The translations under genes were made by a program, and so were the position numbers. This document shows, piece after piece, positions 11,250-25,300 of a stretch of 64,000 nt of DNA (its first letter is position 1; each line of letters begins with the position of its first letter). The stretch is from Raillietiella orientalis (lineage: Eukaryota): the NCBI GenBank assembly GCA_036172245.1, contig JAYWIR010000057.1:434001-498000 (forward strand), given 5' to 3'. The notes beneath the pieces were generated by a model. It was given only the letters and a program-made list of their open reading frames with translations. It did no database searches and was not told the origin of the DNA.

Positions 11250-14200
11250 CTAAAAAAGGATGGAATTTAGATGTAACATCAAATTTGATTTGACTACTAA
11301 TCTTCAAAGGAAATCAGTACTCGGAAAAATAAAATTGCTATGTTCATTTTAGTGAATGGGTACTTCCACGGATTTTTAAAGTTTTGATACATAACAGGGT
11401 GGGATTCAAGATACTAATCCATGTTGAAAATCCAAAGCTAACAATCAAAATGAGTCACCTTTGTTAACACATATTATCTCTTTATCCACCTTTCCAGAGT
11501 TTCTTTTAGTATGGTGACACAATCATTATATTACTTATTAAATAACTGCAATCTGTATTCGCGATTTGATCAAAAATTTCTATATTAAATCCTACAGTAA
11601 GACATATAACTCAGTTTCAAGATAGATGACTCCTTATTTTATTAACTGGAACAACCTATCTATTTAAATGATGGCAGAAAAAACCAAGGCCCCTATATCA
11701 GCAAAGCAATAATACAAATTATATTGGAACACGAAAAACTATGCAATACATTATTTTAGCTACTTGCTTAGAAAACATCGAAACCATTGAATTAATCAGA
11801 TTAGCAAATGCTCTAGCAAATCCAGTTTTTATCTCTACAACTGATTCTACTTATCTACACTGCTTCTCATTCACAAGGGCTTCTTTCTTTTGAAACAAAT
11901 TCGACTACATAATCACAAAGCACATTGGGGGTGAGGGGGGCATTCCAAAGTGTGTAGTTCTAAACTCATCATGAACATTCATTCTTAAGAATTCCAGTTT
12001 GTTCAGAATTCATAATGAATGATATTATGTACCAATTAGGATGGCCAGACAACTTAGTGTTATCATCTGTACTTATCCATGCTATATGAAGTATTCCCTG
12101 GATTCTCAATAAATATACGAACCTTTCATACAAATTTATGCAAGTTCTTTATCTTAGCTGTCTTTCTATTCTAGTTATGAAATTAATTTTTTTTTTAATC
12201 TCTTTCATAACAGCACATTACCTTCAATCAGGATCTCACAACATCAAACAATAAATCTAAGATTTATTTTCACAACCAGATACTCAATATTTCTTTAACA
12301 CAGAAGAATGAATAAGTCAATATACATTTTGAAAATACAGACTCAAGAGAAATTCTGACTTTAACATGAACTCAAAGAATATATGAATAAAATCCACACC
12401 TAAAAAAAACTAAAAAAATATATGGAATTCTCATTCCCATGAGAATGAGACCTTCTATAATCCTCAAAGTCAATGTTACCTTTCTGGAATTCACCAAATT
12501 GAATACAATCTGCATGTCCTATCGAATGAACAAATGTATTTTAGTTTTTCAAACACCTAATTCTAAGCAGGATTAATTCCCTTAAATGCCATCATATTCC
12601 TTGCATTCAATGAATACTTTCACTTTTTTGGAAAATTCTGCATTACATATGTCTGATATCAATGATATATCACATATATGTTCCAAATTGAAATGTGCTG
12701 CATACCAAACCTACAGAGTATTGAATTCCGTGGAAAGTACACAAATTATCGAAGACGAGCAGCAAATCTGCATTTGCTGGAATATAGTCTTGGTTTGCAA
12801 ATCACGAACTTATTGAAAGAAAAGCTTTTTTTTTTAATTGACATTAGAAACTGAAAAAAAATGAATATTTTTTAAGATTTTTTCCTTTCAAAAGTTTTAG
12901 CTTTTCTATTTGACTTTTAATACAATTTTTGAAGACATTAAGATTCTTATCTGTATTTTGCCTGATATTACATGGTCACAACTGATGTGAAAGAATATCT
13001 GTTCAAAAACTCCAATACAAAATCCCGACTTTCTTTTGAACAAATGTGTTGTACTAAATGATGAACTTTTGCAAGTATTTCATCATAGCATAACAAACAC
13101 CAAACAGAGCTAATGATAGAAAAAAGTAATGTATAAATTCGTGACATCACAAGAGAAGTTGAGAAATTAAACATCAAACAAAGCAAACATTGGATGCAAG
13201 AAATTCAACACATTATTTAAACAGGAAATAAGTAACAAGCATGGAGAAAGTGATTAGATCCGAAAATGCAAGAATTTCAATAAACTGGAATCATTAATTT
13301 GAAATTCCTTTGAATAAAAGTGAATATTAAATACTCATTCATTACATATTCAGGCCCAGAAAGAAAAACCTTCAAAATTAAAAAAACCTTCAAATTCAAA
13401 CTGTGTGCTTGAAAAAAAAAAAAGACAACATAAAACAACTAACAGCTAAAAAGTTTATAGAACTAAAAATGCTTTTTGAAATTCTTTTTAAAAATTAAAA
13501 ACAATAAAATTAAAACAATTTTAATTAAACAATTAAAAACAATTAAATTTTGAGCATTTTCTTCTGAGAATTTTTCAGCAAACAACAAATTCAACAATAG
13601 ATTTTGGAATACCATCCATGTTAATCACTTCAAAATTTTCAAGTACATTTTAATGTACATGAACTAGAAAATAAATCCACAGAAATATGTCACACAATTG
13701 AGCCTTAAATTTATGTTTCATACTCACACATATGAGCGGTGATTATGTACTCTCATCTGATAGGCATAATGCAAGATAGAAAAAAAAAAAAAAATGTCAT
13801 CATCACAAACACTTTTAATCAAGAAACAACAGCAACAGAAATACGTGTATGAATCACAATAGCTAGTTGGTATTAGCTAGCCAATGGTACACATGAAAAA
13901 TTAACAAAAACGAGAACAAAATCAAATAATTAAAAAATTTTTCCATCTCATGCACATTTAAATATCTTCGAAAGAAGAAATAGTTGAATTAAAAGAATTG
14001 TGGAACTTATACCTGCATATGTATCCCAAATTAACATTATGCTTACTAAAATAATGTTCAAAAATATGAATGAATAAACCTTGATGCAGAGAAGCCATTT
14101 CATTCATAAAAGCATGAAACATTTCCACTAAATTTGCAGAAAATGCAACACAAAGCATACCATAAAATGTTGTAATTGTAAGAAAACCATAACAAAAGCA

Positions 14201-17200
14201 ATACTTATATAGGAAGAACCGGTCATACTTTGAAAAAAAAAATCACTGGGTGCCTTTGGTATGAATGGCAAACTGGAATGCCTGTATGACACGATGATTT
14301 GAATTTTTATGCAAAAGAAATTTAGCCACACATCAAGAAATAAAAGCATCACCACACTCACTGAATGTTTGTTTTTACTATGACTAAAAACAAGATTTAA
14401 AAGTGTCTATCATGGTAACTGTACCTTTTCATAAGTAGAAAACGAAGGAAAAAAATGCTAAAGGGAAAACATCAAACTGAATTAAGAGTAAAACAGTGCA
14501 GGGATACAACTGTATGTACATAAGTGAAGATGTGACATCGGCACGGGAAATTATTGTGCACACTTAAGCAGTATATGGAACCCATTAAGCCTTTGGAAAG
14601 TTTCATCAGATTCTGAACTCAAAATCGGGCTTCAATTTTGAAATGTCGATGAAATGAATTCATGCAATAATTAATGCAGAATTTTTTTGTCTGCAGAATG
14701 TAACAACATTAATATATAATTTTGTATGTTATATACGAATAGCAGTGAAAGTCTATGAATATGCCATGAAACTTCATTTTTTTCAGTTTGGCTATAAGGT
14801 GAATACAAATGATGAATATCATTCAACAGGGTGCTAACAGTTTCCATTATTCCAACTTGAAAGTGAAAGACCTTAGCTCAATAAACAATTTTTGCCTTTA
14901 ATTGATGATAAATAGCATCCACTACGTTTCAAAACATCCAAGCCATTCATCTGTTACACTGTTCTTATCAGCTTACATACCAATTCAACTTGGTACGTGT
15001 ACTTCGACAACAGCAAATTTTAATCATGGTATGAATCCCAATCAAAAGTACGAACTCTTCCAAGATTTTAAAGTGTATGGGAATAATGTGTGGCATTTAC
15101 TGGAAAGCTCAACTAAAAACATTTTTAAATGAACTGAACTGAAATCAACTGAACTTTCTTCAGCACTCTGAAGCTGCTTTTTCTACATTGAGAGCTATCA
15201 TATTACATTTTTGTTCAGTTATTCGTGTATATATAGGAATACCATATCGCATTTGTATTTCACAACATGCTTCATGTCCACCGACTTGTCCGTCTGGGAT
15301 AATGGAAAATATATATCCATGGAAAAAACATATATATATATACACATAAACAATCAACTGGGTTAAATATGAACTTATTCCATTACTTTAAAGTGTCACC
15401 AGTATAAACCAATAACAAAAACCAAGTACTCTCAAAATATTTTCATCACTACTCCACCTGTTCACCGTAACCGCAATAGGAAATTTTCAATTTGTAAATT
15501 TACCTAGTGCATATAATAATAATAACAAACTTACGCACAAAGGTACATAGCACTGCTACATTTGGAAAGTTTTACAAACTTATCAATGGATGAGGTCTGG
15601 ATAAGGCTACACATTTTTGCTTTTTGATGAACCTCAAGAAGCACAATTTCAAGAGTTACTAAACTGTCCTTTACCACTGTAAATACGCATTTTATTTACC
15701 ATGAATTCTTTTAAAGTGACTTTCCGGTTTGCAGTATCGAAACGCGCAAAAATGCCGGTTGCTAAGAAAAGAATAACCAACGAATCTTCCCTATTTCGTG
15801 CAACTAATGTGTGTATTTGATAAGTCAGACCACTTACATCACTCATTCGTCTAGCCCATTTTGCAAAGGGTTCCTTAACACCAAATAAGCAGCCTTTGTT
15901 ACCCATTATCACAAAAAAGTCACTGAGCATTGGGTCAACCGCCTTGGGAGCAGACTCCTCGCTGCACGACTTCAGGCTTGGCAACGGAGCAACACCTGAT
16001 ACAGTGTTAGCCGGTCATCCAATCACACTCCAGGGTAAACAACCAGCAACTATCCCCGCCCCAGTTTTGCCAGATCCCCATGCTGAATTCGAAGGGTTTC
16101 TCCACGCGCCCGTTTCAATACACTCAAATGTCAGCCAGCAAAATATTTCAGCTGCCTAGAGAGCTAGTTGCAATTAAATTTCTGAATTGGGGCTTGCGGG
16201 CGCGGGCATGCAGGAACGCGGAGGTATTTTTCTGCAATCCGGAAATGAATCCTTCGATTTACCACGAGGCCACCACGGCCCGACTTCCTGCCAAAGGTTC
16301 TGCAGAAAGACCTGAAAAAATCTCCAAGAAATTGGAACGCGATTGCTAAAACTGATCATGCCACATAGATCACAGCACAAAAAGCCGCAATAACAAAAAA
16401 ATCGATAAGAGAAACAGTAAGTTTCTGTCATTTGCTTTGCAACATGTAAAAAAATATACGGTAAATTGCTGGAATTTTTTTTTATAACTGTCACTGCTCC
16501 GACATTTTCAAAAATACTGTTTTTTGTTATTTTATCATTTAATGATTAGAGGTAGTGACACTGATATTCTCCGTGGGTATTGGTGATACTAAATGCTCTG
16601 AATTTCTATTCTGAAAAAGGTACTACTGTGTTTTCCATACCGTCTTGTCATTGTTTAAACAGAACATGCATCTATGTATACCTCTGTGAATTTTTAGGAT
16701 TAGAATACTTGCATGTTTTTTTTTTTATCTGTTGCTGCAACTCCAGTTTATTATATATTTTTCGTGTCATTTGCAACTTTCAAAAAAATGGTCTACGATA
16801 CTCCGAACTGCTTGAACCAAACTTGAAAATGCTTTCTGTTGCTGAATTTCGTTTTTCCGTCCTCTGAATACCAACAGAACCTGGAGGGCATTTTTTTTTT
16901 TTTTCAATATCTTGTTCTGTTTTGTTACTTGGATGCATTTCTTCTCCTTTGTTTGTAACCTATGTCATTTACGATCCAGTTCACTAAACAATGTCTCAGC
17001 CCCTAACTTATTACCCCCATAGTGTAAACAGATTGCAAACTCCTAGAATTAAATAAAATCACTACATCATTGCCAACTGAAACTAGTAATGTAATCAACA
17101 ATCGTATTGACTGTATTTTGAAGTCAGGATCGAAAATTCGAGTGGCATTTTATGTCAATTTTTTTTTTTTTCTTCCTGGTGACAATTCATATGCAAAATT

Positions 17201-20200
17201 AGGACCCTTTCGGAATTTCCCCAAGGGATCTAAAGCTTGAATTTCCTGAAAGAATCTAGTATGATTACTGGTTTTGAGGCACAGCAATAACATCGTTATT
17301 AGTAACAGCATTAAGGAAGCCTTAATTAAAGGTAAGTGAAAACAAGAAACAGAGTAAATGTAAAATAAATTCTTGTATTTCCCATAAAAAATATTAATAT
17401 TCATCATAATTTAGTATTTATCTTTCTGCAAGCATGCTTTTTCGCTTGAATAATGTTACCTCTTTAAATTGATACAACGTTAAGAGTGCTTTTAAGCATT
17501 TTAATTGAAATTTATAGTCTCTTTCTCCACTTTTTCAAAATCTTTCTGCAAACATTGCTTTCGACTATAAGTTTATTGGCTTTATCAATTTTTTTTTTTT
17601 TACTCATTATCTGAAGATAATTTAGCATTTTAACAATTCAATGCTTAGATGTTCAGAATTTCTTTCGATAGACTATACTTAAATGTGAAATTCTACCTTT
17701 ATGGAACTTTTTGCGAAATAACTGTGCATGTGATCTCCATTCTATTTATCTGTCATGTATCCTCAGAAAGTATTGCTTTTATAGGTCATGTCTCGTCGTA
17801 AGATTCGTGTATAAAAATGAATCCACTTTGCTGTGTTTTTTTGAATCTGAAAACACATTCAAGACTTTCTTTAACAGACAAAAATAAGTTTGTGATTGGT
17901 TGCTCAAATGCCAGTTCCTGACACCTTGACACGAGTTGTTGGCAAAGCGTGCTGGGGACGATGCGGGGTTGAGCGTTTCAATAGAGGCTCCAAAAAGAGG
18001 GTGGTCTCTCTGAGGCAGGCACGTAGCCTGAGAACAGGTTTGCTCCAAGTGACTCGGTTTCGTCGACACAAGAGGAATATCTCGAGGCTTCTTCAAAATG
18101 AACAGCAGATCCGGTCAAGCAAGGCATTTTAGAAGTGCTTTCTCAGAAATTGCAGCGTATGGTGCTTGCAAATAGTACTCTGGCATTCATTCTCAGCTAC
18201 TTCCACACTTTCCATACACTTCCAAGAATCGCTAGCAATCACCTAGAGCAACGGACCGCATGCTGTCACAGCTCATGAAGGATTTGAAACAAATGAATAT
18301 CCTCTATGACGATTCACGAAGATGAACCCATGAATGGATAAATTGCCACAGAGTATGATCTCGAAATTTTCTCTTTTATGCAATTCTCACCTGTGGGGAT
18401 TCTTCATTTTTCCAAATAAGATTTCAACTGCGTCATTTTATTTACGGGAAAAGGCAGGCGGAAGCAGATCATGATGTTCTTTCTAAGGTATAGGAACAAC
18501 CGACGCAGATGGACTGAGTGGAACGACGCACTGATTTTGTGATACGTTGTGCCATTAGTATAGTGTTTCATTTTTGCATCAGTGAATTAATAAAAATAAA
18601 GCAAGCTTCGAGAACTTGGAGCACTTGCGCTGTGAACTAATGCTCCAGCAACCCCAGCTTGGAGTGTACCGGAGGATGCATCGTAAATGAGTGCCCTCCT
18701 ACTAGACCAGACTTCCTTGGTGTCATCCCCTACGCATCAGTATCTTCAAAAGTTACAATGAAAGGAATGGAAACTCATGTTTGATCTTCAACTGACTACA
18801 CAGTCGACATTCTACAAAGTATCTACAACTCCGATGTCATCTTTCACGCTAAGTCAAGCAGAGAAACAATATGAAGCAAAGGGTTTCCTTAGATAACGTG
18901 TGCACAGACTGCGTCTTCTAATTTTATAGGCGCGCGCGGTTAATCGTACCCTCACTCAAGTGCTGAGAGAACTTCCATCCGTAGGGGACACGAAAACTTT
19001 GAAGTACTGATGAGAGAACATAAAACCACCTTCCAGAAGGGAACTCTGAAGCAAATCCATCCAGTGGGTCCCAGCAGCACCAGCAAGCCGACAAAATAGT
19101 GCTGACCTTCAGGTGATCATTCAGCATGCGGAAAGTGGTTCGTGCTACCGCGATGGACCGGCTGTGACGGAAGCGAGGTGCTCACGCCGGCAGTACCAAA
19201 ATGAGCAGGAAGAAGAGGGTGACTGAGAGTGGGAAACTGACAGCATAAGTGCAGCAGTTTTGACAAAGTGAGTGCTATGAATGGTGACGACAAAAAGACG
19301 GGCTGTACAAAAAGAGAGTTGCTCGTTGAAATCGAGGATATAAAAACTCGAAGTTTGGGTTGCAGAGGCCAAGGCGCAAAAAAAGAAGACCGCCAAAACG
19401 CATGCGACTCAAAGGGTCTTCACTAAGCAGGCTTCTTCTGCTCTAGAGACGTGTTTGCCATCGAGGTCGGCCGTGCGCGAAATCCGCTAGTGCCGCTTTT
19501 CTGTCAAACACGCAAGTACCTACTGCGTCGAAAAGAGGCAGCAAAAGTTCCAATGAACGACGAAAAGCCGAGGACAAGAAAATTGCAAGTCACAAAAAGG
19601 AGTGATGCCAGACAGAAAGTCTCACCACTATGTCCCAAAGTGCATAGCAAGTCGAAGGCGAAGACACCTACCTGGTTTTGTAAGAAAGCAGTTCCCGTCT
19701 TCCAGAGAACAAAAAAAGGCAGCCCTCAGACGGCGAGGAGACATACCTCCGGGCGTGCGAGAGCTGCGCGCAAAGAGAGCAACGAGTGCCAAGCGTCCGG
19801 AACTCCTCCGTCGGGCGGGTGAAGACGCGGCGCAACGCCAGCATTCGAGCCCCGGGTTTTGGTATCGTCTTGTGTGCACGGGTGCACGCTGTGCAGCACG
19901 GTACCGGAGGTGTTCCATAGTGTTGGTACTGCTAACTCATGGCTCATCCACGTGAGCGAAAACGACTGCTCTTCTCACACCCTGTGCGAGCGCGGATGAG
20001 GAAGCAAGAGTGCAAGAAACAGGCACCAAGTCGTGTGTGCTTCTGCGTGCCGTGGCGACGGCAAAGGCCGTCGCACCACCAGACGGCAAGTAGCAGCAGC
20101 TTAGCGTCCTCTCGGTATCTGGGCATAAGAGAGCGGGTTACCAGTGTGGCAGCGAAACTCACGCAGATGCCTCACCTCACACGCTTCCACGTAGCTACGT

Positions 20201-21229
20201 CGCTTCCTCTGCTCATGGGTTCGGCGTTCCTCTGGACAGACCCCGTTTCTAAGGCGACACGACGCTTCCCTTTTTATTCGAATTTGCAAGCGGATTGTTC
20301 CATGTCTGCCCCTGCTTATACGCCAAGCGGCATCGGGAAGGGCTTCTCTCCCTTCCCAGTCCCCGTGCAGCGAGAGAATCGTTCTCTCGGGCTTGACGAG
20401 CGTACTGCTACCCCAGTTGTCCGATCAACAGGGAAGAGGATACCTTACAGGACATCCGTTATCTATTCGCTGAAATATCCCCTTACCTTCTTTTGCTCCA
20501 CTGGAGCGTGTGTGGGTGCACTTTTGGGTCTTCGCCGACGTTCCCGAGGCGTGTCCTTGCCTTCATTCCTCCAGCGCCAACGGTCGTCCCTTCGGAACGC
20601 GTTGCTTCAGTCCGCAGATGCCTGGTTGCCACTGCAGCCCTCTGCGTTTCTCGTGAAACGTTGCAGACCGGTGATGCAAACACCAAATGGATGTTCATTG
20701 CACACGGCATGCTCAGCTGGCTTGGTTCCTGTGTGCCAATCATTCTGCGGCCATACCACCACCAATGTGTGCCGACAACATTGTGCCACTCCGTATGCCA
20801 CAGACGACACCCACTGTCTTCACGGTGTGTGTGCTTGCATCATCCTGGGAGAAAGCTTCCCTCCACCCCTCCACCCTCCACACGTCTCTGACGGGTGAAA
20901 GAATGCAGCTCTTTGCTGACGCACGCATGGAGCGTGCGAGGACGCATCGGACACCCACCGTGCTCCAGGAGACACAGCCTCGCTCCCGCGCTACGCACCA
21001 CACAAGTCGGCACCGTTGTTCCTCTGGACGGCAGCAAACCTTCCATTGCTTCCTCAGGAGGGTGTCGACGATCCCTGTATGCGGTAAGGACGAGCAAGGG
21101 TAGGCTTGGGTGACTCAAGCGCCCAGCTCGAATTCCTCATCACTGCTCCTCCGCGTCACGGACGAGCAGTGATCAGCTGTGCTACCGCCCGGCCAGGAGA
21201 GCGGTTCTCACCTCAGCAGCAGGAGACGG

Positions 21230-21780
21230 CAGCCCCTAACCCTTTGGATATAGCTCCGGCCTTCGAAAGTGTTGGTCAGCCACCAAGTTTTCGGCATTGT
21301 CGTTGACAGCCACACTGAAGCAGGCTAGAGACCAATCAGGAAACCTCTCTTGGTACTTCTTCTCTGGCATCCCTGCGAGTAGAGAAAGGTTAGACTTTGC
21401 CTCACTTCTGGCCTCCCATTGATGACGCGTTGAAGGACTTCCCGTCTTCTTCCTAGAATGACTGGCTGCAATTGCGATGGTCGCCATTGCTTTCACACCT
21501 AAGGCATCGGGGAGGAGCGCAGGGACAGCGAACGAAAGGTCCGCGCCATATCTGCTGCGCCGGGAGCCTATGTGCGTACCTGCTCTTGCTGCGAGCAGTA
21601 CAGGAAAATGTCGCTCGCAGCATGCGCGATCTGTTCCGCCGAACACAGCTATTCTTTCCTTCATCCTCAGGTTCATTTCTTCTGGCTCCGTCATCCACTG
21701 GTCCGCCTCCTTTTCAGCTTCTTCTTTGATCAGCACTGCACAGCGATGAGACTCTCCTCCTCCCTTAAGAGAGCTGTATT
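21230..21780 (-). mobile_element. Degenerate BEL/Pao LTR-retrotransposon gag-like fragment
   Basis: EEAEKEADQWMTE..E.NLRMKERI (coiled coil) followed by ..FPDWSLACFSVAVNDNAENLVADQHFRR.EL..KG, which resembles the DUF1759 pattern (W..F...F...V..N..L...QKF.YL...L.G). Frameshifted and truncated. Confidence 0.45.
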
Positions 21781-22089
21781 CATTCGTTTTTTCCTTTCTT
21801 TTGGTCAGGAAGCGCCCACTCCGCTGCTGCGCTGGTGTACAGGGCTAGTCTCTCTTTGGTTTCCCTTCTGGAATTGCCATCGGATTGTCAAGTTCCATCA
21901 TTGGTAAGATGGCAATCCTTGCAGTTGCCCTCCTCGAAGTTCTCGCCTAACAACTATTGATTGCACTGAAAGAAATGGTTATGGTTCAGGAAGTACTGAG
22001 GTTCCTAGTGCTTCGGCAATTTTTGTTTCGTTCTCTTTTCGCGTTCCCCCTCCCCCCCCCCCCTCTTTGCTGCCTCCTTTCATGCAGAA

Positions 22090-22330
22090 ACTGCGTTCAA
22101 ATAGAATTTTGAAGAGGACGTTAGTTGTTGAAGTATCTAGTTGTGAAAAGTTTCTTCTCGCCACCCGAATCATTCGCGCCTTGACACGCATAAGATGGCC
22201 AATTTTTTCATCCGCAGATTCTGCAAGAGAACGGCAAGGGGGAAATATGAACACCCTACACTTAGATCGGAGTACCCAGAGAGCACTGTTGGTTTCTCCC
22301 AACTGGACAGATGGCAGCTGCTCTCCAATG
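22090..22330 (-). mobile_element. Degenerate CR1/L2-like LINE ORF2 C-terminal fragment
   Basis: KARMIRVARRNFSQLDTSTTNVLFKIL resembles the post-RT motif KA.RMLG.I.RNF..LD......LYK.LVR of CR1/L2 elements. Confidence 0.5.
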
Positions 22331-25300
22331 CAACGTGCAAGAAAGCTCTTTGTATTTATGAAAACTCTCCGCGAGACCAGCTGAGGTTCTCTTCTGGGAG
22401 GTGGCCCTCGAACGCTCCTGCGTTGCAGTGGACTCGTCTCAAGGGACCTTGTTTTCCTATTTTGTTTCCACTCTTACCCCACGCAGAAAGAAAGAAAAAA
22501 AAAACAGAATGAAAACAACGAGAGTGTCGCATCAGGGATTTGAAGACTCGACAAGACAGCAGGAAATCTGAATTTCTCTTGGACAGAACCGTGCGACCCT
22601 GCGCGTATCTGCTGTCGCACCGCTCCTGGAGTTCGTGCTGGCAGTCGTTTCTGTCGTGGGACCACCATTGCCATTGTATTCGCGTTACCACCTTTGCTCG
22701 AGTAGCAGCCTCCGAGTTCGAAATGCCTCGTATTCTTTGATGACGAGTCACAAACCAAAAGTCTAGCAGAAGTTCGCAAACCCTTGATCTGCTCCCTCTG
22801 AGGTTTTCTGATTTCCTGCTTCCCTGCTGTCGCTCCGAGTTAGGAATACGGGTCCGGCAAGCACCTCTCGAATTCCTGATCACTGAATCCAGAGGGAGAA
22901 GTGGTTCAAGCTTGCGTTCCTTTTTCGGGTGACCGCCACTGTGCGTCAAGATAACTTCGCCTCTTGGTCTCTGTTCTGGAGACCAGTTCGTCCTCTTGGC
23001 ATTCGCATACGTTATTTCCTCATAACGTATGCCTCCTCGCAAACGCTTCTCTTTGGAAAAGGGGAGTCTGTTTTCTCTTTGAAAGCAAAGGACAGTTTCC
23101 ACAATCGCGGAAAGCACGGGTTTGGAGGTGTGTTTTCCAGAGGAGAAGCTTGGCACCTCTGGAGCGCAGCTTCTTTACAGCCTTCGGGTAACCTTCCTCA
23201 GACTGGGTCGTATGCAACACGGGCGTCGTCTGAGGTATGCAGCAGCACGAGCATGGAAGAGACTGCAAGCATCGTGCGGGTAATTTTTGCAGCATGATTC
23301 AAGGAGTCACGACCTCGAGAATGTGTGGCGTATGAGGAAGGATTGGGGGCGGCTTTTCGTTAGAATCGCGAGACAGGTATCATGCGCAGCTGTGGAAGAT
23401 TCCCGTATGGAACCTAACACTGCATTTTGAATATGACCCAGTCTGAACGACGGAAAGGACACGCACCTAAAACAGAGAAACTTACAAAGAACTGAGTAAA
23501 CAGTTCGGTGTAGCTACTGCGGAGGGCTTACATTGCTGCAATTTCTTTTCCACTTTCAACTTCGGTCTTGAGCTGAAAATAAGCTACCACATTACCAGTT
23601 AGATTGTGGAAAAGGCCCCCGCGAGGCTACTCCCTCTGCAGCGAAGAGACCTTCTTAGGTGAGAATTCTTGCAATCACAGAGGTGCCCGGTAGGCAACTG
23701 GACTCTACGCCAGTCTGCGAGCGTTTCTTGTCGCACAATCCTTAAGGAATGGTGTCGCGGTAACACTGACCGGCGTGGCTTTTTCTGCCCTGTAACGCTG
23801 AAGCAGTGTCCTTTCTCGCGCCCACTGTGTTCTTGCAACCTGCTCATCTTCCTCTTCTCTCTTCATTTTATCAATAGAAACTTTAACAGTGATTCTCAGA
23901 AGGTAGTTGAAGTTTTGACTTTTGCTTCATAATTTTATTCCAGCTTTCGAAACTTTGGATTTTTTGGCGATGTAAAATGCTAATTGATCTGTGTACATTT
24001 TTAAACTCTTGCTCTGTAGCTTTTCCCAATGAATTGAAACCGCCGTAATTATACAAATAGGTTATTCAAAGGCTTCCGGATGCACGGTGAGCTCTCTGGC
24101 TAATTTCTGTGGTTGTTGAGATTAACTGCAATGGATTGAGTAGACATGATCTACATTTTACTCATTAGCACTATACGTGGATGAACCTGTAATGTGTGTC
24201 GGATGCAAGTAGTAAGATGCAAAAATTAGGCAGCATGCTGTTGCACTGATAATTTTTACGATGGGAAGTTGCTTGTGCTTTGGGTTTGGATTTCAACCTT
24301 TTTCTCCTTAGTTTCTCTCTGCGTTGTGAGGTCATCAAGGTTACTAATTAGAAAACGAGGATCTCTTCCTCTCGGTGTCTCTCTACACAGTTGTAGAGGA
24401 ATTCATCATAGCAGTCAATTCCTCAAGATGTGCATTAGTTAGCTTCTACACCTGTATCAAAGCTCTAATCTGAATATGCTGCTCATAAATTCTTCACAAG
24501 CTTTTCTGTTTTGGCTATTGATTTAAAAATTGATTCCATTCTACCTTAGAGAAGATAATGAGATTGAAAAAAAATAATAACAATAATTTCGCTGCGGCAT
24601 GTCAGGTATTAATTTCTTACATATTTGCTATCTGGTCAGGATTTTAACCAACATGCTGCATCAATTATTATCTGGTGCGAAGCCTCTTTAAATATCTGCG
24701 ATTTTCCGTGTTGCTATGAAAAAATGATTTGTATCCTTTCCTCTGGCACCTTAAAAGAAATACTTTTCAGATTATTATTTTCTCTGCCTATTACTTACGG
24801 TCAGTTCTGTGTAATCGGCTATTTATACCTATCTGCCTATTTATATAGAATTTTTATCACAGCAAAAGAAATGCAAAACCCACGCTACTTATGTATGCTC
24901 GTTTTAGATGGTAAGATGCATTATCTCGACATGACCATATGTGTTCCATCACTAGCTAAATGTTGCCCAAAGAAATGGTACAAACAAAATTTCAAATCCT
25001 TTGCAATGTATTTATTATTCACGTGTATGTAGAAGAGGTATTGAAATTCATTACATTATTTTACCATATATGGGATCTCTTTAATTAATCAAGCAGTGGA
25101 ACGAACGGAACCCTTTCAATTAGTAAAATACAATACTTTTATCGAGTCCCAAAAATCAATTTGTCTAAATGCTAATCAGAATGATCTATTTTCACGTTTA
25201 TCCATTTGTACTTACTATTGAAACAAGGAGCACATGCTAGGAAAAGTCTTCGTCTGCTATTTAATTTAAATGCATTAGTTATCATTCAGGTAGGTTCATT

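Larger units (their letters stand above)
17750..23900. mobile_element. GC-richer block of nested, decayed retroelement debris
   Basis: Abrupt rise in GC and CpG content, no consistent spliced ORF, many short overlapping ORFs on both strands. It contains the BEL-gag-like and LINE-like pieces listed separately, plus a weak integrase-like trace near 18750-18970 (+; GNSCLIF..TDYT...RAVNRTLTQVLR). Confidence 0.6.

Noticed and set aside
15970..15995. cttcaggcttggcaacggagcaac resembles SRP RNA helix 8 (CAGG..GNRA..AGCA)
   Set aside because: The stem has an extra base and weak pairing, and there is no Alu domain or long helix 5 at the expected distance.
16178..16195. Minus-strand cccaattcaga resembles RNase P RNA CR-V
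   Set aside because: No matching CR-I (GGAAGGUCUGAG-like) partner for the P4 pseudoknot was found.
19939..20898. Longest ORF in the track (319 aa, +)
   Set aside because: No recognisable domain; Arg/Ser/Cys-rich composition, overlapped by ORFs in many frames within a GC-rich TE block. Likely a chance ORF. An env-like remnant could not be supported.
22356..23156. 266-aa ORF on the minus strand
   Set aside because: No recognisable motifs; lies in TE debris.
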